From an uncultured Acidobacteriota bacterium (GTDB taxonomy: Bacteria > Acidobacteriota > Vicinamibacteria > Vicinamibacterales > 2-12-FULL-66-21): a stretch of 64,000 nucleotides of DNA. Positions 50,680 through 60,380 of the stretch are shown here, one piece after another. The translations under genes were made by a program, and so were the position numbers. The stretch is from NCBI GenBank assembly GCA_963784195.1, contig CAWARA010000015.1, positions 166,334 to 230,333 on the forward strand, written 5' to 3'. How positions within the stretch are numbered: position 1 is the first letter of the stretch; each line of letters opens with the position of its first letter. The notes beneath the pieces were generated by a model. It saw only the letters and a list, made by a program, of their open reading frames with translations. It was not told the DNA's origin and made no database searches.

Positions 50680-53103
50680 TTACTCGGAGCGTAAGGCCTC
50701 GACGGGGGCGACTCGTGTGCCGCGTCTCGCTGGGATGTACGAGGCCAGTGTCGCGACGATGACGAGCACGATCGCGGTGGCGGCGAACGTCCAGGGATCT
50801 CGCGGTTCGGTCTCGTAGAGCATCGTGTCGAGCAGGCGCGTGAGTCCGGCTGCGGCGACGAGGCCGGCGACGATTCCGATCGCAACGACGCGAAGCGCTT
50901 CGGTCAGGACGAGGCGGAAGATCGATTGTGGCGTTGCGCCGAGTGCCATCCGGACGCCCATCTCCCGCGTCCGCTGCGAGACGGAATACGCCATCACGCC
51001 GTAAACGCCGACGCCTGCGAGCACGAGCGCAATCAGCGCAAACGTCGTCAGCAACACGGAGACGGTGCGCGGCCGGGCCAGCGTCAAATCGACGACTTCT
51101 TCCATCGTCCGCACGTCCGCGACCGGCAGCTCCGGATCGACCGCATGGACTGCTGCCGCCACGCTGTTGGCAAGTGACGCTGGATCCTGATCGGTGCGCA
51201 CGACGAACGTCATCAGGCCGATGGCCAGTTGCGTGTGCGGGAGGAACACCGCGGCGCGGGTTTCGCCGTCGAGCGAGCCGAACTTGACGTCGCCGACAAC
51301 GCCGACGATCTCCCAATCGCCGCCGCCAGGGGGTCCGATGCTGACGTGCAGACGCGTGCCGAGCGGATCGCGTCCGCCGAGATGCCGGTTGACGAGCGTT
51401 TCGCTCACGATGGCGACGCGTGGTGAATCCACAGCATCTGCCGCGGTGAAGTCTCGTCCCCGTATCTGGGGGATCCCCATCGTCCGGAAGAAGTTCGGTG
51501 TCACCGGCCTGACTTCCGTAACCGGCGCCTCGCCTGGAGCCGGTTGGGGCCGGTCGGCAAGCCAGAAACTCGTGCCGATTCCCGGGCCGCTGAGTGGCAG
51601 GAAGCTGATCGCCGCCGCATCACGGACGCCAGGAAGCACGGCGATGCGTTCCAGCGTGCTCGTGTAGAACCCTGACGATCGACGGTCGTCGTTGTAGCGT
51701 GAACCGGGCACCGAGACGCGTGACGTCAGGACTCCGCTGGCGCGGAATCCGGGGTTCACGTTCTGGAGCCGCATGAAACTCCGGATCAGAAGACCGGCAC
51801 CAGTGAGGAGGACCAGCGACAGGGCAACCTCGGCGATGATGAGCCCGCTCAGCAGCCGGCGCGATCGCGGGCCGGCACCGTGCCGGCCGCCCTCGCGGAG
51901 TGCGTCGTTGGCGATTGAAGACGCGAAGAGTGATGGCAGCAGTCCGAAAACGAGACCCGTGCCGACGGCGAGCGCCATCGTGAACATCACGACGGTCGAA
52001 TCCAGCGCGACCTGATCGAGCCGCGGGACAGGAATACGCTCCGCGACGAGCGCCAGCAATCCGCGATGGAAGACAAATGCGAGGGCCAGTCCAGCGATGC
52101 CGCCGGCGGCCGACAGAAGCAGGCTCTCGCTGAGCATCTGACGAACGATGCGTCCGCGCTTCGCGCCGAGCGCCGTCCGGATGCCGAGCTCTCGCTGACG
52201 GACGGTGCTTCGTGCCAGCAGCAGGTTGGCGACGTTGACGCAGGCGATGAGCAGAACCAGCAACACCGCGCCGGAAAGAACGTACATTGCAGGCCGGATC
52301 TGATCGACGGTCTGCTCGTGCACCGGCACGATCGTGACCGACCAGCCCGCGTTGCGTTGCGGGGCTTCCTGCTCCAGTTGCGCGGCGATGGTCTTCATCT
52401 CGTCGGTCGCCTGCGCGACGGACACGCCGTCCCGCATCCGGGCGACGGCGAAGGATGAACCGCGTCCGGGCGACGCACGCAACCGTTCGAGAGTCCAGCC
52501 GTAGGGAATGAAGTAGTCCGCCTTCTGCCCCACGATCGTGAAGCCTGGAGGCATGACGCCGACGACGTTGCGCGTTCGGCCGTTGGCGTTCAGAGTGCTC
52601 CCGATCACATCGTTGCGTCCACCGAGCCTCGTCTGCCAGAACTCGTGACTGAGGATGATGACGGCATCCTGCCCCTGGAGATCTTCCTGAGCGGTAAACG
52701 CCCGCCCCAGTACAGGCTGCACGCCGAGCGCTGGAAACACCTCGGACGACGCGGACATGCCGGTGATCTCTTCAGGATTGCCGTTCAGGATCAGGCTGAT
52801 GCGCGACGGGCCGGCCATCCCGAGGTGCGAGAACGATCGGTTACGCGCGCCCCATTCCACGAAGTTCGCCGAGGCGATCACGTTCCGGGCCCGGCTGCGT
52901 TTGAGGTTGTTCTCCCAGACGATGACGACCCGGTCCGGATCGCTGTAGGGCAGCGGCCTGAGCATGACGCCGCGCACCACGCTGAAGATCGCGGAGGTGG
53001 CGCCGATGCCGAGCGCGAGGGCGAGGACCGCCGGGACCGTGAATCGGGGTGTGCGAAGAAACGACCGGGTGGCGAACCGCAAGTCCTGGAGCAGCGTTTC
53101 CAT
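50680..53103 (-). CDS. ADOP-family ABC-type permease
   Basis: METLLQDLRFA, LALGIGATSAIFSVV, LLIACVNVANLLLAR, PARRGTRVAP. Confidence 0.93.
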   Translation of the reverse strand: METLLQDLRFATRSFLRTPRFTVPAVLALALGIGATSAIFSVVRGVMLRPLPYSDPDRVVIVWENNLKRSRARNVIASANFVEWGARNRSFSHLGMAGPSRISLILNGNPEEITGMSASSEVFPALGVQPVLGRAFTAQEDLQGQDAVIILSHEFWQTRLGGRNDVIGSTLNANGRTRNVVGVMPPGFTIVGQKADYFIPYGWTLERLRASPGRGSSFAVARMRDGVSVAQATDEMKTIAAQLEQEAPQRNAGWSVTIVPVHEQTVDQIRPAMYVLSGAVLLVLLIACVNVANLLLARSTVRQRELGIRTALGAKRGRIVRQMLSESLLLSAAGGIAGLALAFVFHRGLLALVAERIPVPRLDQVALDSTVVMFTMALAVGTGLVFGLLPSLFASSIANDALREGGRHGAGPRSRRLLSGLIIAEVALSLVLLTGAGLLIRSFMRLQNVNPGFRASGVLTSRVSVPGSRYNDDRRSSGFYTSTLERIAVLPGVRDAAAISFLPLSGPGIGTSFWLADRPQPAPGEAPVTEVRPVTPNFFRTMGIPQIRGRDFTAADAVDSPRVAIVSETLVNRHLGGRDPLGTRLHVSIGPPGGGDWEIVGVVGDVKFGSLDGETRAAVFLPHTQLAIGLMTFVVRTDQDPASLANSVAAAVHAVDPELPVADVRTMEEVVDLTLARPRTVSVLLTTFALIALVLAGVGVYGVMAYSVSQRTREMGVRMALGATPQSIFRLVLTEALRVVAIGIVAGLVAAAGLTRLLDTMLYETEPRDPWTFAATAIVLVIVATLASYIPARRGTRVAPVEALRSE

Positions 53104-53138
53104 CCGGCCACATTATGCTAAAAAATTAGCATCGTCAA
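53104..53138 (-). promoter_or_regulatory. Sigma70-like promoter with overlapping palindrome
   Basis: TTGACG-N17-TAATGT-N6-ATG; ATGCTAA-N4-TTAGCAT at 53115-53132. Confidence 0.55.
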
Positions 53139-53647
53139 GACTGGAACACCCCAGGTGGACGTTTCGATCGACCGACCGATCGGATAATGCCGGGTAGCTG
53201 AGCCTGCAGAGTCTGCCTGACGTCGCGAAGGACGGCCGCCGCACTCAGCAGACTCCGTCGGGAGCTCCGCGGCCGCAGCTGCGCGCGGAGAACCCCTTCA
53301 CGTTTGACGATCGCCGCCACGGCTTGTTCGCCTTTGGATGTCAGCGCCATCAGCCGCGACTGCTTGTGCAGGGGATTGGGTCTGGACTCCACAAGACCGT
53401 CGTCGATCAGCCGATCGATGAGCGGCTGAAAACGCTGTCTGGACTGCGCCCGGTCCCGGGCCATGTGCGCGACGGTGCGTGGACCGCTGCGCGCAAGTGA
53501 CATCAACAGGGTGCGCCGCGGCCCGGAGAGCGATCCGAGGCCGTGGATCCTGGCGGCGTCGGCCGTCATCTGGTGATACAGGGCCACGGTTTCCTCGAAC
53601 AGGGCTGCGAGCTCGGCGCCCGCGTCCGCCTTCTGCTGCGACTTCAT
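53135..53647 (-). CDS. MarR family transcriptional regulator
   Basis: GPRTVAHMAR…SRQ…LIDDGLVE…NPLHKQSRLMALTSKG. Confidence 0.88.
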   Translation of the reverse strand: MKSQQKADAGAELAALFEETVALYHQMTADAARIHGLGSLSGPRRTLLMSLARSGPRTVAHMARDRAQSRQRFQPLIDRLIDDGLVESRPNPLHKQSRLMALTSKGEQAVAAIVKREGVLRAQLRPRSSRRSLLSAAAVLRDVRQTLQAQLPGIIRSVGRSKRPPGVFQS

Positions 53648-53677
53648 CGTTCAGCAATCTTACCGCTCAACCATAAA

Positions 53678-53709
53678 TGACAATAGATTGTCACTTTGAC
53701 AAAATGTCA
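53678..53709. promoter_or_regulatory. Tandem palindromic operator candidates
   Basis: TGACAAT-AG-ATTGTCA and TGACA-AAA-TGTCA upstream of the MarR gene. Confidence 0.6.
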
Positions 53710-53871
53710 TCCAGATACGACGCAGGCGTCCTCGGCCGGAGACGGCGGGGGAGATGGTCGGGTCGTCGGTGGTGATTCGTCACAGCCCATGACCCCGCCT
53801 GTCACAGGGAGAGCTGGCATATCGCGTGCTCAGGAGGCGGCGTCAGCACCGCCATACCCGAGGACGATCGC

Positions 53872-56191
53872 ATGCCCAGCCTGCACGTCGTGATGATGAC
53901 CCTCCTGGTCCTTCCGGCTCACGTCTCGGCTCAGACGCCGTCCGCTCCCTCAAACACCTATCGCTCGAACAATCGATGTGACGGGGATGGTCATCGACAG
54001 CCGCACGGAGCGGCCTCTCGCGGGCGTCCGTGTCGCTGCCGAAAGCCCGTCAGTCGGTGTCGATACCGACGCTGACGGCCGATTTGCCCTCGCTCTTCCA
54101 GCAGGAAAACATGTGTTGGTCGTGTCCCTGATCGGCTACGCGGTGGCGCGACACGCTGTGGACGTCGCCGAAGTCAGTAACGCGCCACTGACGATCCGGC
54201 TGTCGGAGGGCGCCGGGGCATACGAGGAACAAGTAACGGTGTCGGGCGACACGCCATCGGACAGCGCGCTGGCGCCTTCAGCGGCGGCCCTGCATAGCGG
54301 CGATCTTCAAGCGCTACGCGGTGTGACGCTCGATGATCCGCTTCGCGCCGTGCACGCCCTGCCCTCAGTCACCGCGACCGACGATTTCTACAGCGAGTTC
54401 GCGGTCCGCGGCAGCGCGTTCCGTCACGTCGGGCTCGTGGTCGACGGTGTGCCCTCCGAGTACCTGATGCATGCCGTCCATGGCGTCACCGACGGTGGAT
54501 CGATCGCCATGATCAACACCGACGCGCTGGGCAACATCGTCCTGATGCCGGGCAGCTACCCACAGCGCTTCGGCCGGCATCTGACCGGCGAGGTGGACCT
54601 GACGATGCGTGAGGGCGACCGTGAAGCGTTTCGGGCGCGTGCCGGCCTCAGCGGAACGAGTGCGACCGCTCTCGCAGAAGGCCCGCTGGCCGGCGGCCGC
54701 GGTTCGTGGCTCGTGTCTGCCCGCCGAAGTTATCTCGACCTGTTGCTCGAGCGCATCGACGACGAGGGCAACTTCGGGTTCGGGTTTGCCGACGCCCAGG
54801 CGAAGGTCGTCCTGGATCTGGGCACACGACATCAGCTGCAGATGCTCGCGCTCGGTGGTGCGTCGGCGTTCGACGAAGAACCGGACGATCTGAGACTGAA
54901 CGATCCGGCAGATTCGAAAGGCCGTTCGTGGCTGACGAGCCTGGCCTGGCGATTCACCCCCTCGCCACGCGTCGCGTTGACGCAACGCATCTATGCCACA
55001 GGCCTCGCCTATAAGAACAGGAACCGCGAGCAGAGTGTGCTCGATGACAGTCTCTCCACGGATATCGGCTGGCGGGCTGACGCCGTCCTGTCCGCTGCCC
55101 GCGGGGTCGTCCTGGAGGTTGGCGCGGACGCGCAACGGCTCCGAGCACGCTATAGCCGACAGCGTTCGGTCAACGACGCGCCGACACTGACGCCGATAAC
55201 CAGTTACATCCAGTCGGGTGTCTCATCGTCCGGTTACGTCCAGGCTGTTCTCGGTTCGCGTGGACGCCTCGTTGTGGCGCCCGGCGTTCGCGTCGACTAT
55301 TGGGGTCTCTCTCGGACGTCCACGACATCACCCTGGATTACCGCCGAGGTCGCAATCACCCCGGCCACGCGCGTCCGTGCCGGGGCCGGCATCTACAAGC
55401 AGTTTCCCACCGTCGATCAGATCCACGGTATCCGAGGCGGTGGTGACACGCTCGTGCCGGAGACCTCACGGCACCTCGATGCAAGCCTTACGCAGAAGCT
55501 GCGACACGATGTGTCGCTGCAGGTCTCATTGTTCGCGCGCGAAGAGCGCGACTTGTTGTGGACGCCAGGCGCGGAACCGCGGCGCCTGTCAGATGGTTCG
55601 ATTCAGATTGGGCGAGCCGACGCGCCGTGGACCAACGCCCTTTCTGGCCAGGCGCGCGGTGTGGAGTTCCTCGTCCGTCGCGATGCGCCAAATGGATTCT
55701 CCGGCTGGGCGGGGTATGCGTACGGACGCCACCGCCTCACGAACACGTCGACCGGCGAAATATTCTGGGCCGACCACGACCAGCGGCACACGCTGTCGCT
55801 TTTCGGCCACTATCGCCTGTCGAACCGGACCAGTGTGGGCGCGAAGTACCGTTTCGGCTCGAACTACCCGCTTGTCGGCTACATCGGCGCGCAATCAGCC
55901 GCGCCCGGCGCACCGGCACTCTTCGGCGGTGAACAGCCACTGTTCTTCGCACTCGTCGAGTCGCGCAATGATCTTCGGCTGCCTGCTTATTCACGGCTCG
56001 ATGTCCGCATGGATCGCACGTTCACGATCGCTGGCCGGCGTGTCACACTCTTCGTCGAAGTTGCGAACATTCTCAATCGCCGCAATCTTCGCAGCGTGCC
56101 ATATGGCGTCGGTCCAACCGGACAGGTCTTCGGACCGACAGATCCCCTTATGCCCATCGTCCCGTCTGCCGGGTTCGTCATCGACTTCTGA
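53872..56191 (+). CDS. TonB-dependent receptor-like outer membrane protein (+1 frameshift near 53955)
   Basis: Signal in 53872 frame; CarboxypepD_reg-like N-terminus, plug DPLRAVHALP…VRG, RLPAYSRLD, C-terminal F. Confidence 0.85.
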
Positions 56192-56259
56192 TTCGGGAAC
56201 CGCGCCGCCGCCCGGACTGGTTGCTGACGAAACAACCAATCGTCCGATGATCGACATCC

Positions 56260-57004
56260 TCAGCGGCCGGGATGTCTCGTGAGATCGACGACGATCTTGT
56301 AGCGGTCGCCGCGCATCACCGACTGGACGAACTCGAAGGGTTGTCCGTCCGAGAGGAGCGTGATGCGCTCGGCGGTCATCGCCGGCGACCGGACGGGCAC
56401 GCGAAGGAGCTCGGCCTCTTCCCGCCGCATCAACCGCACGCAATAGGTTTCGCGAGCCGATGCGGGCTGCAGCCCGTAGCGATTCTGCAGCACGTCGTAG
56501 AGCGATGCGTCGCCGAACGTCGTGTCCGCGAGGCCCGGCACCAGATGTGACGGGAGAAACGCCGTTTGAATGCCCATCGGCTGGCGGTTGGCGAGTCTCA
56601 GGCGCCGCAGCCGGAACACGATGGTGCCGGGTTCAATCGCCAGCGCGGCAGCCACTTCGGGTGCGGCGGGAACCGTTTCCTGCTCGAGCACCTTCGAGGC
56701 GGGTACCAGACCCGTGACCGCGCATTTCGCTGGTGAAGCTGGTGAGCTCACGCGGACCCTGCTGCAGCCGTCGCCGCTCGACGAAGGTGCCGCGGCCCTG
56801 CTCGCGTCGAATGTAGCCCTCGGTGGCCAGATCGCGCAGCGCCTGCCGGACGGTGATTTTGCTGACCCGGAAGGTGCGCGCCAGTTCGTCCTCGGTCGGG
56901 AGCTGCGCGTCGGGCTGCCAGCGTCCGGCTTCGATCTCCCGCAGGATCACCGTTTTCAGCTGGTGGTAGAGGGGCAGGGGGCCGTGCCGGGTCAACGTCA
57001 GCAT
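56260..57004 (-). CDS. GntR/HutC family regulator, HTH + UTRA (+1 frameshift near 56715)
   Basis: PLYHQL…LPTEDEL…VSKITVRQAL…QGRGTFV; UTRA SLYDVL…RGDRY. Confidence 0.9.
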
Positions 57005-57013
57005 GCTTGTCGA

Positions 57014-57032
57014 ATCATTATAATGTTATGAT
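57014..57032. promoter_or_regulatory. AT-rich palindrome and -10 boxes in the divergent GntR/TBDR promoter
   Basis: ATCATTATAATGTTATGAT; TATAAT present on both strands. Confidence 0.55.
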
Positions 57033-57071
57033 GCCCGCCGTCAGATCGTCATTGATTGTACGGAGGCAGCG

Positions 57072-60000
57072 ATGCTCGACGAACGACCCCGGCAGGTTCG
57101 ACGCGCGATCGTGTCCATCTTCTTCATGTTCATCCTGCTCGGGGCCCTGCCCGCGAGCAGCACCGCACAGACCGTCACCGGCACCTTGCAGGGTTCGGTG
57201 ACTGACACCACCGGATCGCCGCTGCCCGGCGTGTCCGTCAGCATCCAGAACATCGAGACCGGCGCCACGCGGCAGGCGACGACGAACGAGCGCGGGCAGT
57301 ACTCGGCGCCGTTCCTCCCGCTCGGCCGCTACAAAGTGTCGGCGTCGCTCAGCGGGTTCGGGGCAGTCGTCCGCGAGGCGAGCGTCACGCTCAATTCGAC
57401 GACGGTCGTGGACTTCCGGCTCGATCCGGCGATCACGCAGGAGACGACCGTCACGGCCGAGCCTCCGCGGATCAACACGACCAATCAGCAGGTCCAGCAG
57501 TCGCTCAACTCCGAGCAGATCCTCGACAAGCCGACGTTCCAGAATCTGAACAACAACAATACGTTTCTGTCGCTGGCCGAGACGTTCGCCGGATTCCAGG
57601 AGAACCCGACGAGCGGGCAGAACAACCCGACGGCCTCGTCGGGATCGTCGATCAACTTCAACGGCACCGGCACCCGCGGTGCCACATTCCAGATCGATGG
57701 CGTCAACAACGACGACTCGTCCGAGAACCAGCATCGTCAGGGAATCGCGCTGGCGGCGATCAAGGAATTCCAGGTCATCAGCAACAGCTTCAGCGCCGAG
57801 TTCGGCCGCGGATACGGCGCGGTGGTGCTCGTGCAGACGAAGTCGGGAACGAATCAGATCCATGGCGAGGCGGCCTATACCAGGCAGGACAGCGACTGGA
57901 ATGCGCTGCCGGCCTTCGCCACCGTCCGACCTAACAACCAGCGCCCGAACTACGGGGGCGTCGTCGGTTTGCCGCTGAAGAAAGATGTGCTCTTTGCGTT
58001 TGGCAGTGCCGAATACGGACGTCGTGACGGCACAAACAGCTACACGCGCGACCTGATCATCGGCGCGGATACATCCGGACCGCGGCTCACGCGCGGCAAC
58101 GACACGCCAGCGAATCGCGCTTTCCAGGATTCAGTACTGGCGCGATTCGGCAGCCTGACGCCGAACGATTCGCGGAGCAACCGGACCTATCAATCGCTGG
58201 TCGGCTTCGATCAGAAGACGGTGGACGGCAGCATCAGGCTGGACTGGAACGCGAGCGGCATCGATCGCTTTACCGGCCGCTACCAGGTACTCGAAGCAGA
58301 ACCTCGACAACCAGGACATCATCGTCGGCGAGGCGACACAGCAGCTCAACGACCAGCAGAACGTCGGGTATCTCGTGGACGCGCACGCTCTCGAGCCGGA
58401 CTGTCGGCGAGCTTCGCGTCGGCGTGGGAGTCCGCGACACCAACGTCAACATCAAGGCGGGGAACGACACACCGATCATCCGCTTCGCTGGTATCGCACG
58501 TGTCCGCCTCAATCATCGGTAACGCCGGCAACTTCCCAATCCTTCGCGATCAAAATGACTACCAGCTCGTTTACAACCTCAGCAGCCTGCTTGGCGGCGG
58601 GCACAACATCAAAGCTGGAACGGACGTTCGCTTCTCGCACCTCGACGATCTGGCGCAGAGCAACACGCGGGGTTTCTGGAGCTTTGCGGCCGCCTGCGGC
58701 GGTGTGACGTATCCCAGTTCGTTTGCGGCGTTCTGGGACGGCTGTGTGTCGACGTATCAGACCGCCTTCGGGCCGTTTTTCCTCGAAGAACCGGATCAAC
58801 GAATACAACTTCTACGCCGAGGACAGACTGGCAGAGTCGAGCAACTCACTGACGCTGAACCTCGGCTTCCGCTACGAGTATGCCGGCGCGGCGCAGGATG
58901 CGGACGACCTCGGTGGACTACGCGTACGACGATGACGCGAACAACATCGAGCCGCGGGTCGGGTTTGCCTGGACGCCCAACTGGAGCGGCGGACGCGTTA
59001 GGCGCGATCGCAGGTGAATCGGCCGGGTTCGTCGTCAGAGGTGGATACGGCCTCTATCACGGACGCCTGTTCCAGTCAGTTTTCTCGCAGAGCGGCGCCA
59101 GTATCCGAACGAACCCGCCGAATGCCGTCGCGCTCACCTTCAACACGACGCCGAACATCTTCAACCTGGCCGACCCGACAGCCGGGTTCGTGTTCACTCC
59201 CGGGCCGCAAACCGCCCGACATTCCGAGACACTGCCAAATGCGGATCTGGAAATGCCGGAGACGCACCAGTGGAACTTGAGCATCGAGCGGCAGATGCCG
59301 TGGCGTTCGACTCTGCGCCTCACGTACAGCGGCGCGCGTGGAACCGGACTGATCCGCTACGTTCCCGAGAACCTTGCCGTCACCCCGGCCGAAGGCGGCA
59401 TCGTCGTCGTCAACGCGCCCAACAACGCACCAGCCGCCGGGTCGCCCGATCTGCGTGGCGTGCTGATCAACACCGTTGCGACGGACTTTCGCTGTGCAGG
59501 CACCGGCGTCATTCCTGGACAGGCGGTCAACGCCGCCTGCCCGAACGCCGTGCCGATCGCGAACAACGAGATCAGCCTGCGCGTGCCGCGGATCAACGAG
59601 CGGCGTCCCGATCCGGCCTACACCACGAACCTGATCATCTCGAACGATGCAGACACCTGGTACCACGGGCTGCAGACCGAGTGGACCCGGGCGATGGCCA
59701 ACGGCCTGTGGTTCTCGGCGACCTACACATGGAGCAAGTCGATCGACGACACGTCGGAAGCGACGTTCGTCGGCGCCGGCGACACTAATCAGCTCGGCCC
59801 GGACAAGAGCTTCGCGCGTGGCCTGTCCCGGTTCCACACACCACACCGGTTCACGTTCAACGGCTCCTGGATGCTGCCGATATTCAGGGATCGGCGTGAC
59901 CTCATCGGTCAGATTCTCGGGGGCTGGCAACTGTCCGGCGTCGTCAAGCTCTCGCACGGCACGCCGTTTACGGTTATCGACACGGGCGGAGGCGACATCA

Positions 60001-60380
60001 ACTGGGACGGTTTCAACGAGAACCGGCCGGTCATCCTCGATCCATCGATCCTTGGCAATACCATTGGCGACGTCGCGACCGGCGAACAGGATCTGCCCAG
60101 GTCCGCATTCACGCGCGCCACGCCCGACGACTACAACCGCCTGGTTGGCCGGAACACGTTCTACGGCGACGGCGTGCGCAACCTGGATGCCGGGCTGACG
60201 AAGAACGTGTACCTGTCGAACGGCCAGCGCCTGACCGGCCGGATCGAGGTCTACAACGTTTTCAACCGGCGCCAGTGGGCGTTCCCGCAGGCCGACTTCG
60301 CGAGCGCCACGTTCGGCCGGATCACGTCACAGTTCAATGCGCCGCGCTCGGTGCAGGTGCAGGTGAGGTGGATATTCTGA
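57072..60380 (+). CDS. Oar-like TonB-dependent receptor (internal compensating frameshifts at ~58285-58500 and ~58790-58990)
   Basis: GGAGG SD, signal, GSVTD…LPGV, IDGVNN, IKEFQV…SAEFGR, KSGTN, C-terminal RWIF; LTLNLGFRYEY and EPRVGFAW lie in alternative frames. Confidence 0.9.
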   Translation: MLDERPRQVRRAIVSIFFMFILLGALPASSTAQTVTGTLQGSVTDTTGSPLPGVSVSIQNIETGATRQATTNERGQYSAPFLPLGRYKVSASLSGFGAVVREASVTLNSTTVVDFRLDPAITQETTVTAEPPRINTTNQQVQQSLNSEQILDKPTFQNLNNNNTFLSLAETFAGFQENPTSGQNNPTASSGSSINFNGTGTRGATFQIDGVNNDDSSENQHRQGIALAAIKEFQVISNSFSAEFGRGYGAVVLVQTKSGTNQIHGEAAYTRQDSDWNALPAFATVRPNNQRPNYGGVVGLPLKKDVLFAFGSAEYGRRDGTNSYTRDLIIGADTSGPRLTRGNDTPANRAFQDSVLARFGSLTPNDSRSNRTYQSLVGFDQKTVDGSIRLDWNASGIDRFTGRYQVLEAEPRQPGHHRRRGDTAAQRPAERRVSRGRARSRAGLSASFASAWESATPTSTSRRGTTHRSSASLVSHVSASIIGNAGNFPILRDQNDYQLVYNLSSLLGGGHNIKAGTDVRFSHLDDLAQSNTRGFWSFAAACGGVTYPSSFAAFWDGCVSTYQTAFGPFFLEEPDQRIQLLRRGQTGRVEQLTDAEPRLPLRVCRRGAGCGRPRWTTRTTMTRTTSSRGSGLPGRPTGAADALGAIAGESAGFVVRGGYGLYHGRLFQSVFSQSGASIRTNPPNAVALTFNTTPNIFNLADPTAGFVFTPGPQTARHSETLPNADLEMPETHQWNLSIERQMPWRSTLRLTYSGARGTGLIRYVPENLAVTPAEGGIVVVNAPNNAPAAGSPDLRGVLINTVATDFRCAGTGVIPGQAVNAACPNAVPIANNEISLRVPRINERRPDPAYTTNLIISNDADTWYHGLQTEWTRAMANGLWFSATYTWSKSIDDTSEATFVGAGDTNQLGPDKSFARGLSRFHTPHRFTFNGSWMLPIFRDRRDLIGQILGGWQLSGVVKLSHGTPFTVIDTGGGDINWDGFNENRPVILDPSILGNTIGDVATGEQDLPRSAFTRATPDDYNRLVGRNTFYGDGVRNLDAGLTKNVYLSNGQRLTGRIEVYNVFNRRQWAFPQADFASATFGRITSQFNAPRSVQVQVRWIF

